Position numbers and translations under genes: made by a program. DNA of 64,000 nucleotides from Parcubacteria group bacterium (lineage in GTDB: Bacteria; Patescibacteriota; Minisyncoccia; Phycocordibacterales; Phycocordibacteraceae): the NCBI GenBank assembly GCA_028286525.1, contig JAQBRL010000016.1:17924-81923 (forward strand), written 5' to 3'. Shown one piece after another: positions 8,257 through 18,143 of this stretch (position 1 is the first letter of the stretch; each line of letters starts with the position of its first letter). The notes beneath the pieces were generated by a model, which had not been told where the DNA came from, did no database searches, and was given only the letters and a program-made list of their open reading frames with translations.

Positions 8257-9972
8257 ATGGCCTCTCGTCCGGCACGCGGTCTTTCCATGATAGATGTGGT
8301 GGTGGGTTCCGCCCTCATCCTGCTCATCTTCCTCTCGCTCACCAGTCTGCTGCGAGCGTCGCTCCTCGTGTCGTCGCTCGCGAAAGCGAAGGCAGGCGCG
8401 ACCGCGGTCGCGAACACGCAGATGGAATACATCCGCTCGCTTCCGTACGATTCCGTGGGTACCGTGGGCGGTATCCCTGCCGGAACCATTCCCCAGACCG
8501 CGACTACCACCGAGAACAGTATTCCCTACGGCGTGCGCACGTTCATTGAATACGTGGATGACCCTGCGGACGGCACCGGTGCGGCAGATACGAACAGCAT
8601 AACGACCGACTATAAGCGCATCAAAGTGGCCGTCACGTATACCGTCCACCAGAAGCTCCGCGAGGTGGATCTGGTATCCAATTACACTCCCGCTTCGATC
8701 GAAACGACCACGGGCGGGGGAACGCTGAAGGTACAGGTAGTCAATCGGAGCGGGGTGGGTGTCGCGGGGGCGACCGTGCATGTCGTGAACACGAGCACGA
8801 GTCCTGCGGTGGACGTCACGACCTTTTCGGACGCGACTGGTGTGGTGCTGCTCGGCGGGGCGGCGACCTCGACCCAATATCAGGTATTCGTATCGAAGAA
8901 CGGCTATTCGAGCACCCAGACGTATGCGCGCGACGTCACGAACCAGAACCCGACGCCGGGCTACCTGACGGTGGTGAAGAATACGACCACGACGGGCACA
9001 TTCCCGATCGACCTCCTTGCCTCGCTTACGCTCGGCACGTATTACCCCGTGCAGGCGACTTCGACCATCGACACCTTTGCGAACAGCACGAAACTCGCCT
9101 CGCAAACCGGGACGGCCGTTACCGGAGGATCGCTCTCGCTCGCGCAGGATGTAAATGGGTACCTAGCGAGCGGGTCGGCGCAATCGATCTCTATTTCGCC
9201 CGCACTGCTCGTGTCATGGACGACCGCGAGTACGACGCTTTCGGCTCCGGCCGGCACGACCGTAACGGTCCAGGTACTCGATGGAAGCGGGGCCCTCCTT
9301 CCGGACGCGGTACTCGCAGGCAATAGCGCCGGCTTCTTCGGAAGTTCGATCAATCTTTCGGGAGTATCGACCACCACTTATCCGTCCCTCGCCCTGCGGG
9401 CGAATCTTACGACCACTTCCACCAGCACCTCGCCTGCGGTCGCGACCTGGAGCGTAAATTCGCTCGTCGGACCGATACCGATACCGAACGTCGCGCTCGC
9501 GCTTGCGGGCGCGAAAACCATCGGGTCGACGGGAGCGGGGGCGCCCATCTATAAGACGAGCGTCGCCGCTACGACGAATGCGTCCGGCATCGCCGCGCTC
9601 TCGCTTGAATGGGACTCGTATTCCTTATCGCTTACCGGCTACGACATCGTCGATGCCTGTTACGCCGCGCCCTACGCGCTGCTGCCGGGGACCAATACCA
9701 CCAACAATCTTTTCCTGGACGTTAATACCTCGAATTCGGCGCTCGTCTCCGTACGCGATAGTAGCGGAGCGACCGTCGCCGGCGCGACCGTGACCGTGTC
9801 GAAAGCCGGATTCACGCAGGATAGCGTGACGAGCGCCTGCGGAGCGGCATACTTCGGCGCGCTTGCGAGCGGCGCCTACACTGTCACCATAACCAAGGCC
9901 GGATACACCACCACCTCCTACCCGAACGTCACGGTAGCCGGAGACACGTTCTACCCCACTTCATTCCCCTAG
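8257..9972 (+). CDS. Large prepilin-like protein with Thr/Ser-rich beta-sandwich (carboxypeptidase-regulatory-like) domains
   Basis: Class III signal RG|LSMIDVVV plus hydrophobic helix; repeated GATVxV...Y.V.VSK.GY modules. Confidence 0.75.
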   Translation: MASRPARGLSMIDVVVGSALILLIFLSLTSLLRASLLVSSLAKAKAGATAVANTQMEYIRSLPYDSVGTVGGIPAGTIPQTATTTENSIPYGVRTFIEYVDDPADGTGAADTNSITTDYKRIKVAVTYTVHQKLREVDLVSNYTPASIETTTGGGTLKVQVVNRSGVGVAGATVHVVNTSTSPAVDVTTFSDATGVVLLGGAATSTQYQVFVSKNGYSSTQTYARDVTNQNPTPGYLTVVKNTTTTGTFPIDLLASLTLGTYYPVQATSTIDTFANSTKLASQTGTAVTGGSLSLAQDVNGYLASGSAQSISISPALLVSWTTASTTLSAPAGTTVTVQVLDGSGALLPDAVLAGNSAGFFGSSINLSGVSTTTYPSLALRANLTTTSTSTSPAVATWSVNSLVGPIPIPNVALALAGAKTIGSTGAGAPIYKTSVAATTNASGIAALSLEWDSYSLSLTGYDIVDACYAAPYALLPGTNTTNNLFLDVNTSNSALVSVRDSSGATVAGATVTVSKAGFTQDSVTSACGAAYFGALASGAYTVTITKAGYTTTSYPNVTVAGDTFYPTSFP

Positions 9973-9973
9973 C

Positions 9974-10555
9974 ATGAAAGCCTTTACCCTTATCGAGGTC
10001 ATCGTGCTCATTGCCGTCACGGGACTCCTGGGCCTCACCATTAACACGCTTATCGTGAACTTCTATCGTTCGAATGCCTATCTCATTCAAGAGACGTCCG
10101 CCATAGATAGTGCGCATCGCGGCCTCCGGGTCTCGTTCGAGGATCTCCGTGAAGCTTCGTACGGCGACGACGGATCGTATCCCATCAAGAGCGCCGCGAC
10201 CTCCACCATCACCTTCTTCAGCGACGTGGACAATGATGGGTCGGTCGAGCGCATACGGCTCTATCTGACGAATGGCACCCTGTATCGCGGGGTGACCGAT
10301 TCCATTTCGGCTCCCCCCAGCTATACCGGACAGCCGGAAGCGACGACCACCATTGCGACCTACGTGCGCAACAGCAGTACCACGCCGCTGTTCCGCTATT
10401 ACGACAGCGATGGTAGCGAGCTCTCGACGACGACTGCGATCGATATATCGCAGATCGCTTCCGTATCCACGACCGTGCTCGTCGACATCAATCCTTTCCG
10501 CGCACCTGATATCCTTACCCTTACGGAAACAGCGACCCTCCGCAACTTACGATGA
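9974..10555 (+). CDS. Minor pilin (prepilin-type N-terminal cleavage/methylation)
   Basis: MKA|FTLIEVIV signal. Confidence 0.85.
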   Translation: MKAFTLIEVIVLIAVTGLLGLTINTLIVNFYRSNAYLIQETSAIDSAHRGLRVSFEDLREASYGDDGSYPIKSAATSTITFFSDVDNDGSVERIRLYLTNGTLYRGVTDSISAPPSYTGQPEATTTIATYVRNSSTTPLFRYYDSDGSELSTTTAIDISQIASVSTTVLVDINPFRAPDILTLTETATLRNLR

Positions 10556-11967
10556 ACCATCCTCCCCGTGGCTATTTAATGCTCCTCGCCCTCGTATTCG
10601 GGTCGATATTCCTGACGGTTCTCTTCGCGATGTCCAGTTACGTGCTGGTCGAGAACAAGCTCCAGACCGCGCAGACGGACAAAAGCAAAGGGCTCGCTAT
10701 CGCGGAAGCGGGAGTCGAATACTACAAATGGCATCTCGCTCATTTCCCGAACGATCTACAGAACGGAACCGGAGCTGCAGGTCCGTATTCCATTCCCTAC
10801 ACGGACCCGGAGGGAGGACAGACGGGTACGATTTCCCTTACGGTGAACGGCAATAACGCATGCGGCAATATCACCTCGGTCGACCTTCAGTCGGTAGGAA
10901 CTCCGACCGGCAGCGGAAGCTCCGCCACTATCTATGCCCGCTATGCGCGCCCTTCGGTCGCCCAATACTCCTATATCATCAACGACTCGGTATGGGCGGG
11001 AGCCGACCGCATCATTTCCGGTCCCTATCATTCCAATGGGGGAGTGCGTATGGACGGCACAGCCAACGCCCCGGTAACGAGTTCGCTCGCAACGTGGTCG
11101 TGCACGTCCTCCTACGGGTGCAGCCCGACCGCAACCAAGAATGGGGTCTTCGGCAGCGGACCGAATCAGACGCTCTGGAGCTACCCGACGCCCCAGATAG
11201 ATTTCACCGCTATCGCTGCCGACTTCACCTCCATTAAGAACATCGCCATCGCGCAAGGCCGCTATTTCACCCGCTACAGCTCCGGTACTTCAGGCGTCTC
11301 CGCCTTCAAGGGCTATCATCTCGTGTTCAATGCGAATAACACGGTCACGGTCTATACCGTATCGAACGAGTACAATACCAATATCGGTGCGGCGATAGAC
11401 GGTTCGAGCGACACGTCGGATTATGCGCGCATCCGGTCGGAGTCGCTGGTAGGGACCTACGCGATCAGTGCCACGTGCCCGCTTATCTATGTCGAAGATA
11501 ACGTATGGATCGAAGGAACGGTGGCCTCGAAAGTTACGGTCGTGGCCGCCAACACCGTGACCGCAGGGGTATCGCCGAACGCTATGATTCCGAACAATAT
11601 CACCTACACCTCGAGTACCGGCAGTGCAGGGCTTACCCTCATCGCCGAGAACGACATCCTTATCACGCCGGACTCTCCCAACAATCTGACGATCAATGGC
11701 ATTTTCATAGCGCAGGGAGGCGCGTTCGGTAGGAATTATTACGGCTGTCCGAGTGCGTTCGAGCCCCGCGGGACGCTTACCCTCACGGGTACGACCGTCT
11801 CTAATAAGCGTACCGGTACGAAATGGGTCAACGGTTGCGGAGGCGGAAGCGACGCGGGCTACCAGACGCGTATCGACTCCTTTGACCGCAAGCTCTCTAC
11901 CAGCCCTCCGCCATTCACCCCGTTCACCTCGACGGACTATAAATTCGTGGATTGGCGCCAGAAATAG
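10552..11967 (+). CDS. PilX-like minor pilin
   Basis: RG|YLMLLALV, no Glu5, AIAEAGVE motif; overlaps the previous gene by ATGA. Confidence 0.75.
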   Translation: MNHPPRGYLMLLALVFGSIFLTVLFAMSSYVLVENKLQTAQTDKSKGLAIAEAGVEYYKWHLAHFPNDLQNGTGAAGPYSIPYTDPEGGQTGTISLTVNGNNACGNITSVDLQSVGTPTGSGSSATIYARYARPSVAQYSYIINDSVWAGADRIISGPYHSNGGVRMDGTANAPVTSSLATWSCTSSYGCSPTATKNGVFGSGPNQTLWSYPTPQIDFTAIAADFTSIKNIAIAQGRYFTRYSSGTSGVSAFKGYHLVFNANNTVTVYTVSNEYNTNIGAAIDGSSDTSDYARIRSESLVGTYAISATCPLIYVEDNVWIEGTVASKVTVVAANTVTAGVSPNAMIPNNITYTSSTGSAGLTLIAENDILITPDSPNNLTINGIFIAQGGAFGRNYYGCPSAFEPRGTLTLTGTTVSNKRTGTKWVNGCGGGSDAGYQTRIDSFDRKLSTSPPPFTPFTSTDYKFVDWRQK

Positions 11968-11974
11968 GCTGTTC

Positions 11975-12117
11975 GGTGTGGGATTTTTGAGTACGCGTCG
12001 TCCGTCCCTGCGGCCGGACGCACTCCCTCTTGCCGTCGCAAATTTCAGCGCAGCCGCCTTTCGGCGCTGAAATTACCATGCTGCTCCGGCTCCGAGAGCC
12101 TCAAAAATTCCATCACC
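11975..12117. repeat. Multi-hairpin intergenic element with terminal inverted repeats
   Basis: GGTGTGGGATTTTTGAG pairs with CTCAAAAATTCCATCACC; internal stems CGTCCG/CGGACG and AATTTCAGCGC/GCGCTGAAATT. Confidence 0.5.
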
Positions 12118-12159
12118 TCTCTTGAGAGATGGGGGAAAGGGAAGTGCTATCATTCGGAT

Positions 12160-12903
12160 ATGCTCATCGTCGGGAATTGGAAGGCCTATGTAGAAACGCT
12201 CGAGAAGGCCAAACGGCTCTATGCAGTAGCCAAGCGCCTGGCGGCTGCGGGACACCACGAGATAGTCATCGCGCCTTCTGCGCCGCATCTCGGATTCCTC
12301 GCGGGGGGAAATCGTTCAAGCGTCGAATTCGCCGCGCAGGACATTTCGAGCTCGCTTGGAGGGGCTGCTACCGGCGAAGTGACCGCGGGAGCGGTGGCTG
12401 GAGTGGGCGCCACCTATGTCATCGTGGGTCATTCAGAACGCCGCGCGGCAGGAGAAACGGATGCCCTCGTCCTCCAGAAGGTACAGCACGCGCTTGCGCA
12501 CGGCCTCGTACCTATTTTATGCATCGGTGAGCGAGAGCGGGATGCGGAAGCGCGCTACCTCGCTCATTTGCGTACCCAGATCTCCCTCATCCTTACCGCG
12601 CTTTCTCCGCAAGAGCGCAAGAAAATAGTGGTCGCATACGAACCCATCTGGGCGATAGGAAAGTCAGCGACCGAAGCTATCACTCCCACCGACCTGAACG
12701 AAATGGTGCTCTACATCCGAAAGATCCTGACCGAATTCCTGCCGGGTAAGGGCGCGAGCAAGATCAATATCCTGTATGGCGGTTCGGTGGAGTCGGGCAA
12801 TATCCGTGCGCTTGCCGCCGCATCGAGCATCGATGGATTCCTCGTCGGGCACGCAAGCACCGATGCCGCGTCCTTCGGTGCGCTCGTGAAAGCGGTTACC
12901 TAA
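12160..12903 (+). CDS. tpiA: Triosephosphate isomerase
   Basis: GNWK, GHSERR, AYEPIWAIG and YGGSV motifs. Confidence 0.95.
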   Translation: MLIVGNWKAYVETLEKAKRLYAVAKRLAAAGHHEIVIAPSAPHLGFLAGGNRSSVEFAAQDISSSLGGAATGEVTAGAVAGVGATYVIVGHSERRAAGETDALVLQKVQHALAHGLVPILCIGERERDAEARYLAHLRTQISLILTALSPQERKKIVVAYEPIWAIGKSATEAITPTDLNEMVLYIRKILTEFLPGKGASKINILYGGSVESGNIRALAAASSIDGFLVGHASTDAASFGALVKAVT

Positions 12904-12908
12904 TCGTC

Positions 12909-14042
12909 ATGAAGAGCGTACGCCGCATACCCAAGGTAATGAACGTGCCGGTCTTGGTGCGCGCAGCGCTCAACGTGCCGGTCGAGAATGGGGTCGTGAC
13001 CAACACCTTCCGGCTTCGTCAGGCCCTCCAGACCGTTGAATTCCTTCAGAAAAAAGGAGCTCGCGTAATCCTCTGCGGGCACATGGGAGACCAGGGAACC
13101 GAGACGTTCGAACCGGTGTACGCCGCGCTGAAACCCATGCTCCCGCAGCTGGAATTCTGCCCGGTATCCATAGGGAAGGAAGCGCAGATGGCCGTGAGTT
13201 CGATGCGTCCCGGCGAGGTGCTCCTGCTCGAGAATTTGCGTCGGCATCGCGGCGAGAAACTCAACGATGCGGATTTCGCGAAAGAGCTCGCGTCGCTTGC
13301 GAGCTATTTCGTACAAGACTCGTTCGATACGTGCCACCGTGCGCACGCATCGATCGTAGGCGTTCCAAAATTGCTTCCCTCGTATGCCGGACTGTTAGTG
13401 GAGGAAGAGGTGAAGCAGCTGAAAAAAGCGCTCAAGCCCAAGTATCCTGCCCTCGCCATCATTGCGGGCGCGAAATTCGCGACGAAGGAGCCGGTCATAG
13501 TTTCCATACTCGACGCCTACGATCACCTCTTCATCGGGGGAGCGCTCGCGAATGATTTCATTCAAGCGGAGGGGCATGGCGTAGGCACCTCGCTTACGTC
13601 CGGCGGAGACGTGCGCGAAATGCGGCGGCTTTTGCGCAATCCTGATCTCCTGGTTCCGCGCGATGTCGTCGTCGCATCGCTTCCGGGTACACGAGGCGAG
13701 GGGGAGATCGTACCTATCGACGCCATTCCGAAAGATAAAGCGGTTCTCGATGTCGGTCCTGGTTCGCTTGAGGCGCTCGCCCCTTACCTGAAGAAAGCGA
13801 AGACCATTCTATGGAACGGTACGCTCGGCAGGTACGAGAACGGGTTCATCGAAGGTACGGAGACCCTTGCGCGCGCCATTACCGCAACGAAGGCGTACAC
13901 CGTACTCGGGGGAGGGGATACTGTGGCGGCCGTGGAGTCCCTCGGACTCCAAAATAAATTCTCGTTCGTCTCGACCGGAGGAGGGGCGATGCTCGATTTC
14001 CTTGCATACGGCACGCTGCCGGGTATCGAAGCGCTTCGCTAG
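12909..14042 (+). CDS. pgk: Phosphoglycerate kinase
   Basis: LLENLR, HRAHAS, GGGDT and VSTGGGA motifs. Confidence 0.95.
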   Translation: MKSVRRIPKVMNVPVLVRAALNVPVENGVVTNTFRLRQALQTVEFLQKKGARVILCGHMGDQGTETFEPVYAALKPMLPQLEFCPVSIGKEAQMAVSSMRPGEVLLLENLRRHRGEKLNDADFAKELASLASYFVQDSFDTCHRAHASIVGVPKLLPSYAGLLVEEEVKQLKKALKPKYPALAIIAGAKFATKEPVIVSILDAYDHLFIGGALANDFIQAEGHGVGTSLTSGGDVREMRRLLRNPDLLVPRDVVVASLPGTRGEGEIVPIDAIPKDKAVLDVGPGSLEALAPYLKKAKTILWNGTLGRYENGFIEGTETLARAITATKAYTVLGGGDTVAAVESLGLQNKFSFVSTGGGAMLDFLAYGTLPGIEALR

Positions 14043-14452
14043 CTTCCGACCATCGTGCGGATCTTGTTCGCGACCGTCGCCATCTCGCCTTCGGCGTATT
14101 TCTTTTTGGTAAAACTAAGGACCCCATCGCCGTGGTATCGCGGAATGATATGGACGTGCGTGTGGAATACTTCCTGGTCGGCGGCCCGTTCATTGTTCAT
14201 AGCGATGTTTATTCCTTCCGCCCCCACCGCCTCTCGTATCACCGGTGCGAGCAATCGAACGGTTTTCATGACCGCGAGCCAGGAAGATTCGGATATGTCG
14301 AAAATATTGCGAGAGGGGGCTTTCGGTATCACGAGCGTATGGCCCGGATTATTCGGTGCGATATCCAGAAAAGCGAGCGTTTCCTCGTCCTCGTATACGA
14401 TCTCTGCGGGTATTTCTCGCTTGAGTATCTTGTCGAAAATAGTGTCATCCAT
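14039..14452 (-). CDS. HIT-family hydrolase
   Basis: PGHTLVIPK and HTHVHIIPR histidine triad. Confidence 0.92.
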   Translation of the reverse strand: MDDTIFDKILKREIPAEIVYEDEETLAFLDIAPNNPGHTLVIPKAPSRNIFDISESSWLAVMKTVRLLAPVIREAVGAEGINIAMNNERAADQEVFHTHVHIIPRYHGDGVLSFTKKKYAEGEMATVANKIRTMVGS

Positions 14453-14496
14453 GCGCACAGGATACCGCATGCGTACTCTGGTACAATCAGCCCACC

Positions 14497-16218
14497 ATGT
14501 TCAAGCTTCATGACGCCCTTGATAGTGAGACACGCGCAGCGCTCGCAGAGTACGACGATTTCACGGCGGCCCTGCTCGCACGGCGCGGGGTTCGCACCGC
14601 CCGAGAGGCAGAAGCGTTCCTCGCTCCTTCGTATGACGAGCATCTGCATGATCCGATGCTGATGACGGATATGCCCAAAGCGGCGGAGCGGCTCGCGCGC
14701 GCCATAAGCTCGAAAGAGAAGGTAACGGTGTGGAGCGACTACGATTGCGACGGAATACCCGGTGGCGTTGTCCTCCATGATTTTCTTAAGAAAGCCGGCG
14801 CGGATTTCACGAACTACATCCCGCATCGCCACAACGAAGGCTATGGGATGAATATCCCGGGTATCGAGAAGCTCGCGCAGGAAGGCACGAAGCTAGTGGT
14901 GACGGTCGACGTGGGAATCGTCGACAACATTGCTGTCGCCCGCGCGAACGAGCTCGGCATGGAGGTCATCATCACCGACCATCATCTTCCGTCGGGAGAC
15001 CTGCCGCCGGCGTATGCGGTCATCGACCCGAAAGCGCGACCTGACGAGACCTATCCCTTCAAGGATCTCTGCGGCGGCGGGCTTGCCTGGAAACTTGCCT
15101 GCGCGACGCTCGCGCATGGCTTTGCGGAGCGCGATGCCATTCCTCCCGGCTGGGAGAAGTGGCTACTGGATATGGCGGGCCTTTCGACCATCGCGGATAT
15201 GGTTCCGTTGACGGGCGAGAACCGCGTCATCGCGAAGTACGGGCTCATGGTCATGCGCAAATCGCCTCGTCTCGGTTTCCAGAAGCTGTGCAAAGTCGCG
15301 CGAGTGAATCAACGATTCATAACCGAGGACGATGTCGGATTCATGATCGCTCCTCGCGTGAATGCCGCGTCTCGCATGGGGGAAGCGCGCGATGCGTTCC
15401 GTCTCTTCACCACGAGCGACGAGGTCGAAGCGGACGAGCTTGCAAAAAAGCTCGAAGCGCTCAATCGTTCGCGCCGTGCGGTGGCCGGAGCCACGACCAA
15501 AGCAGTGCACGAGCGTCTCGAGAAGCGGAAACTCGAAGGCGATCTCCCGAGCGTTATCGTAATGGGGGACCCCGATTGGCGACCCGGGCTTTTGGGCCTG
15601 GTCGCGAACGGCATCGCCGAAGAGTACGAGCGGCCGGTATTTCTCTGGGGCCGCGAAGGGAACGAGATTCTCAAGGGCTCCTGCCGCGCGGGCGGGAAAA
15701 CGAGCGTGAACGACCTTATGCATGCTGCGGAAGAAGCATTCATCGAGTTCGGCGGGCATGCCGCTTCCGGGGGGTTCTCCATCGCTCCCGAAAAGATCTT
15801 CGATCTTGAAGCACGCTTGGTGCGGGCGCTAGAAACCCTCCCCAAGCACGATCTCGAAGAATGGAAAGCGGACGCTCCGCTCTCTCTCGAGCAGGTATCT
15901 ACGAAGTTCCTCTATACGCTCGAACGCTTCGCTCCCTACGGCATGGGAAACGTGAAGCCGCTTTTCGCGCTGCATGACCTGCTGCTGCAGGAAGTCTCCT
16001 GGTTCGGGAAAGCGCAGGAGCATCTGCGGATCCGTATGCGTCGGGATGAGTTCGATGAGACCACCATCGAAGCGATCTCTTTCTATGCGAAACGGGACCT
16101 GGGGAAAGCGCTCGCGACGCTCGAAGCGGGGAAGCGCATTCATCTCCTTGCGCATCTTGAACGCGATCAATTCTCCAAGCGTCAGCCGGTACGGCTCCGG
16201 ATCGTCGCGCTGCTCTAG
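14497..16218 (+). CDS. recJ: ssDNA exonuclease RecJ
   Basis: DYDCDG, TDHH, APRVNAASR and GGHAASGG motifs. Confidence 0.93.
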   Translation: MFKLHDALDSETRAALAEYDDFTAALLARRGVRTAREAEAFLAPSYDEHLHDPMLMTDMPKAAERLARAISSKEKVTVWSDYDCDGIPGGVVLHDFLKKAGADFTNYIPHRHNEGYGMNIPGIEKLAQEGTKLVVTVDVGIVDNIAVARANELGMEVIITDHHLPSGDLPPAYAVIDPKARPDETYPFKDLCGGGLAWKLACATLAHGFAERDAIPPGWEKWLLDMAGLSTIADMVPLTGENRVIAKYGLMVMRKSPRLGFQKLCKVARVNQRFITEDDVGFMIAPRVNAASRMGEARDAFRLFTTSDEVEADELAKKLEALNRSRRAVAGATTKAVHERLEKRKLEGDLPSVIVMGDPDWRPGLLGLVANGIAEEYERPVFLWGREGNEILKGSCRAGGKTSVNDLMHAAEEAFIEFGGHAASGGFSIAPEKIFDLEARLVRALETLPKHDLEEWKADAPLSLEQVSTKFLYTLERFAPYGMGNVKPLFALHDLLLQEVSWFGKAQEHLRIRMRRDEFDETTIEAISFYAKRDLGKALATLEAGKRIHLLAHLERDQFSKRQPVRLRIVALL

Positions 16219-16236
16219 AGCGGTATACTGAGGGTC

Positions 16237-16659
16237 ATGCACTTCACGCTCTATGCCGATGGAGGATCGCGTGGGAACCCGGGGCCTGCAGGCGCAGGGG
16301 CCGTGGTGTTCGATAATCTGGGAAAACGCGTGGCCGAAGTATCCGACTATCTGGGCGTTGCCACGAACAATATAGCCGAGTACGAGGCCATCATTCGCGG
16401 GCTCAAGAAACTCGTCGAGACGTATGCTCCTGACGTGGTGCACTCGACCCCGCTTGCGATACGCATGGATTCGAAACTCGTCATCGAGCAGCTGAAAGGG
16501 AACTACAAAGTGAAGCATCCCAATCTCGTCCCTCGGTATTTGGAAGTGAAGAATCTCCTGGCGCGTTCGTTCGGCACCGTCACCTTCGAGCATGTGTATC
16601 GTGAATCGAATAAGGACGCGGACGCGCTCGCGAATCGCGCAATGGATAAGGGGGGATAA
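16237..16659 (+). CDS. rnhA: Ribonuclease HI
   Basis: DGGSRGNPG, TNNIAEY, DSKLV and NKDADALAN motifs. Confidence 0.9.
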   Translation: MHFTLYADGGSRGNPGPAGAGAVVFDNLGKRVAEVSDYLGVATNNIAEYEAIIRGLKKLVETYAPDVVHSTPLAIRMDSKLVIEQLKGNYKVKHPNLVPRYLEVKNLLARSFGTVTFEHVYRESNKDADALANRAMDKGG

Positions 16660-16667
16660 TCCACGCC

Positions 16668-18143
16668 ATGCCGGACACGCTCGCGCTCGTTAGTGTCATC
16701 GCGTTTGCCTGCGGCATCCTAGCTGCCGGCGCATTCCCTTTCTCATGGCCCTTCCTTGCGTTCCTCCTCCTGCTCTCGGCAGGTTTTTCCGTAGCCTGGT
16801 TTCTCGGGAGACGTGATGGATACCTGCTGCCGACGGTTCTGCTCCTGTGCTTCGCGCTCGGGAGCGCACGTTTGCTTCTCGCTCCGAGCGCACTTCCGCT
16901 CCCGCTCGTGCCGCTGGTAGGGACGCCGGTCACGCTTACTGGAACTATAAGCGGGGATCCGGATGTGCGCGAAACGAATCAACGTCTCACGCTCATGGTC
17001 GCTCGCGACGGAGTGCGTACCAAGGTACTGGTCGTCGCCGAACGCTATCCTGCCTATAGCTGCGGGGACGAAGTCACCGTCAGCGGAACGCTCGAACGGC
17101 CGCAACCATTCGATACCGATGGCGGCCGCACGTTCGCCTACGACACGTTTCTCGCCAAGGACGGCATCTTCGCGATGCTTCCGCACGCACGCGTGGCAAA
17201 GGTGGGGGAGTCCCATGCGCCGCTCGTCGTACTCGAACGGATACTCTATGGGGCGAAGCATGCATTCACGCGTGCGCTCGAGAACGCGCTTCCGGAACCG
17301 CACGCCAGTCTCGCCGAAGGGTTGCTTGCTGGCGGGAAACAAGGCCTCGGGAAAGCCTTACTCGATGCATTCACCATCGCAGGGCTCCTTCCCATCATCG
17401 TGCTCTCCGGCTACAACGTCATGATCGTCGCCGAAGCAGTGCTCGCCGGACTCTCGTTCCTTCCGAAACGCTTCTCTCTCGTTCTCGCCGCGTTCACTAT
17501 CGTACTTTTCGTCGCCGCTGCGGGCGGGGGCGCCTCCGCGCTCCGCGCGGGCGTCATGGCAGTGCTTGCGCTCTTCGCACGCGCTACGCGCCGTACGTAC
17601 GATGCGCTCCGCGTCCTGCTGCTGGTCTTCGTACTCATGCTCCTCATCAATCCGCTCGAGCTCGCCTCCGATCCGGGATTTCAATTTTCCTTCGTCGCGA
17701 CCCTGGGACTCATCGTCGCGTCTTCCGCGTTCGAAGTCCGTCTTATGAAGATCCGTTGGCCGCTTCTGCGGGAAGTGGTCGCGACCACGCTCGCGGCCCA
17801 GCTTTTCGTGCTTCCGCTCTTGCTGTACCAAACCGGGAATCTCTCGCTGGTCGCCATTCCCGCCAATATCCTCGTCCTTCCCGTCGTCCCGCTTACGATG
17901 GCGCTTTCGGCGATTGCTGGGCTCGTCTCGCTTCTCGTTCCGTTGGTCGCGATATATGCGGGCCTGCCCGCGTATCTATTGCTCTCCTATATCACGGGAG
18001 TCGCAACGGTGGCTGCGGGGTTGCCGCTCGCGCACGTCATCGTTCCTGCGTTTCCGGTCGCTCTACTCGCGCTTCCGTATGCGGGCATCGCGTGGTTCGT
18101 ACTGCGGCTTGGGAACGCTCAGTCGAAAATGCTCACCAGATAG
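16668..18143 (+). CDS. comEC: ComEC/Rec2 competence DNA-uptake channel
   Basis: OB-like N domain, VLSGYNV, ALRAGVM and DPGFQFSF; multi-pass membrane protein. Confidence 0.88.
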   Translation: MPDTLALVSVIAFACGILAAGAFPFSWPFLAFLLLLSAGFSVAWFLGRRDGYLLPTVLLLCFALGSARLLLAPSALPLPLVPLVGTPVTLTGTISGDPDVRETNQRLTLMVARDGVRTKVLVVAERYPAYSCGDEVTVSGTLERPQPFDTDGGRTFAYDTFLAKDGIFAMLPHARVAKVGESHAPLVVLERILYGAKHAFTRALENALPEPHASLAEGLLAGGKQGLGKALLDAFTIAGLLPIIVLSGYNVMIVAEAVLAGLSFLPKRFSLVLAAFTIVLFVAAAGGGASALRAGVMAVLALFARATRRTYDALRVLLLVFVLMLLINPLELASDPGFQFSFVATLGLIVASSAFEVRLMKIRWPLLREVVATTLAAQLFVLPLLLYQTGNLSLVAIPANILVLPVVPLTMALSAIAGLVSLLVPLVAIYAGLPAYLLLSYITGVATVAAGLPLAHVIVPAFPVALLALPYAGIAWFVLRLGNAQSKMLTR

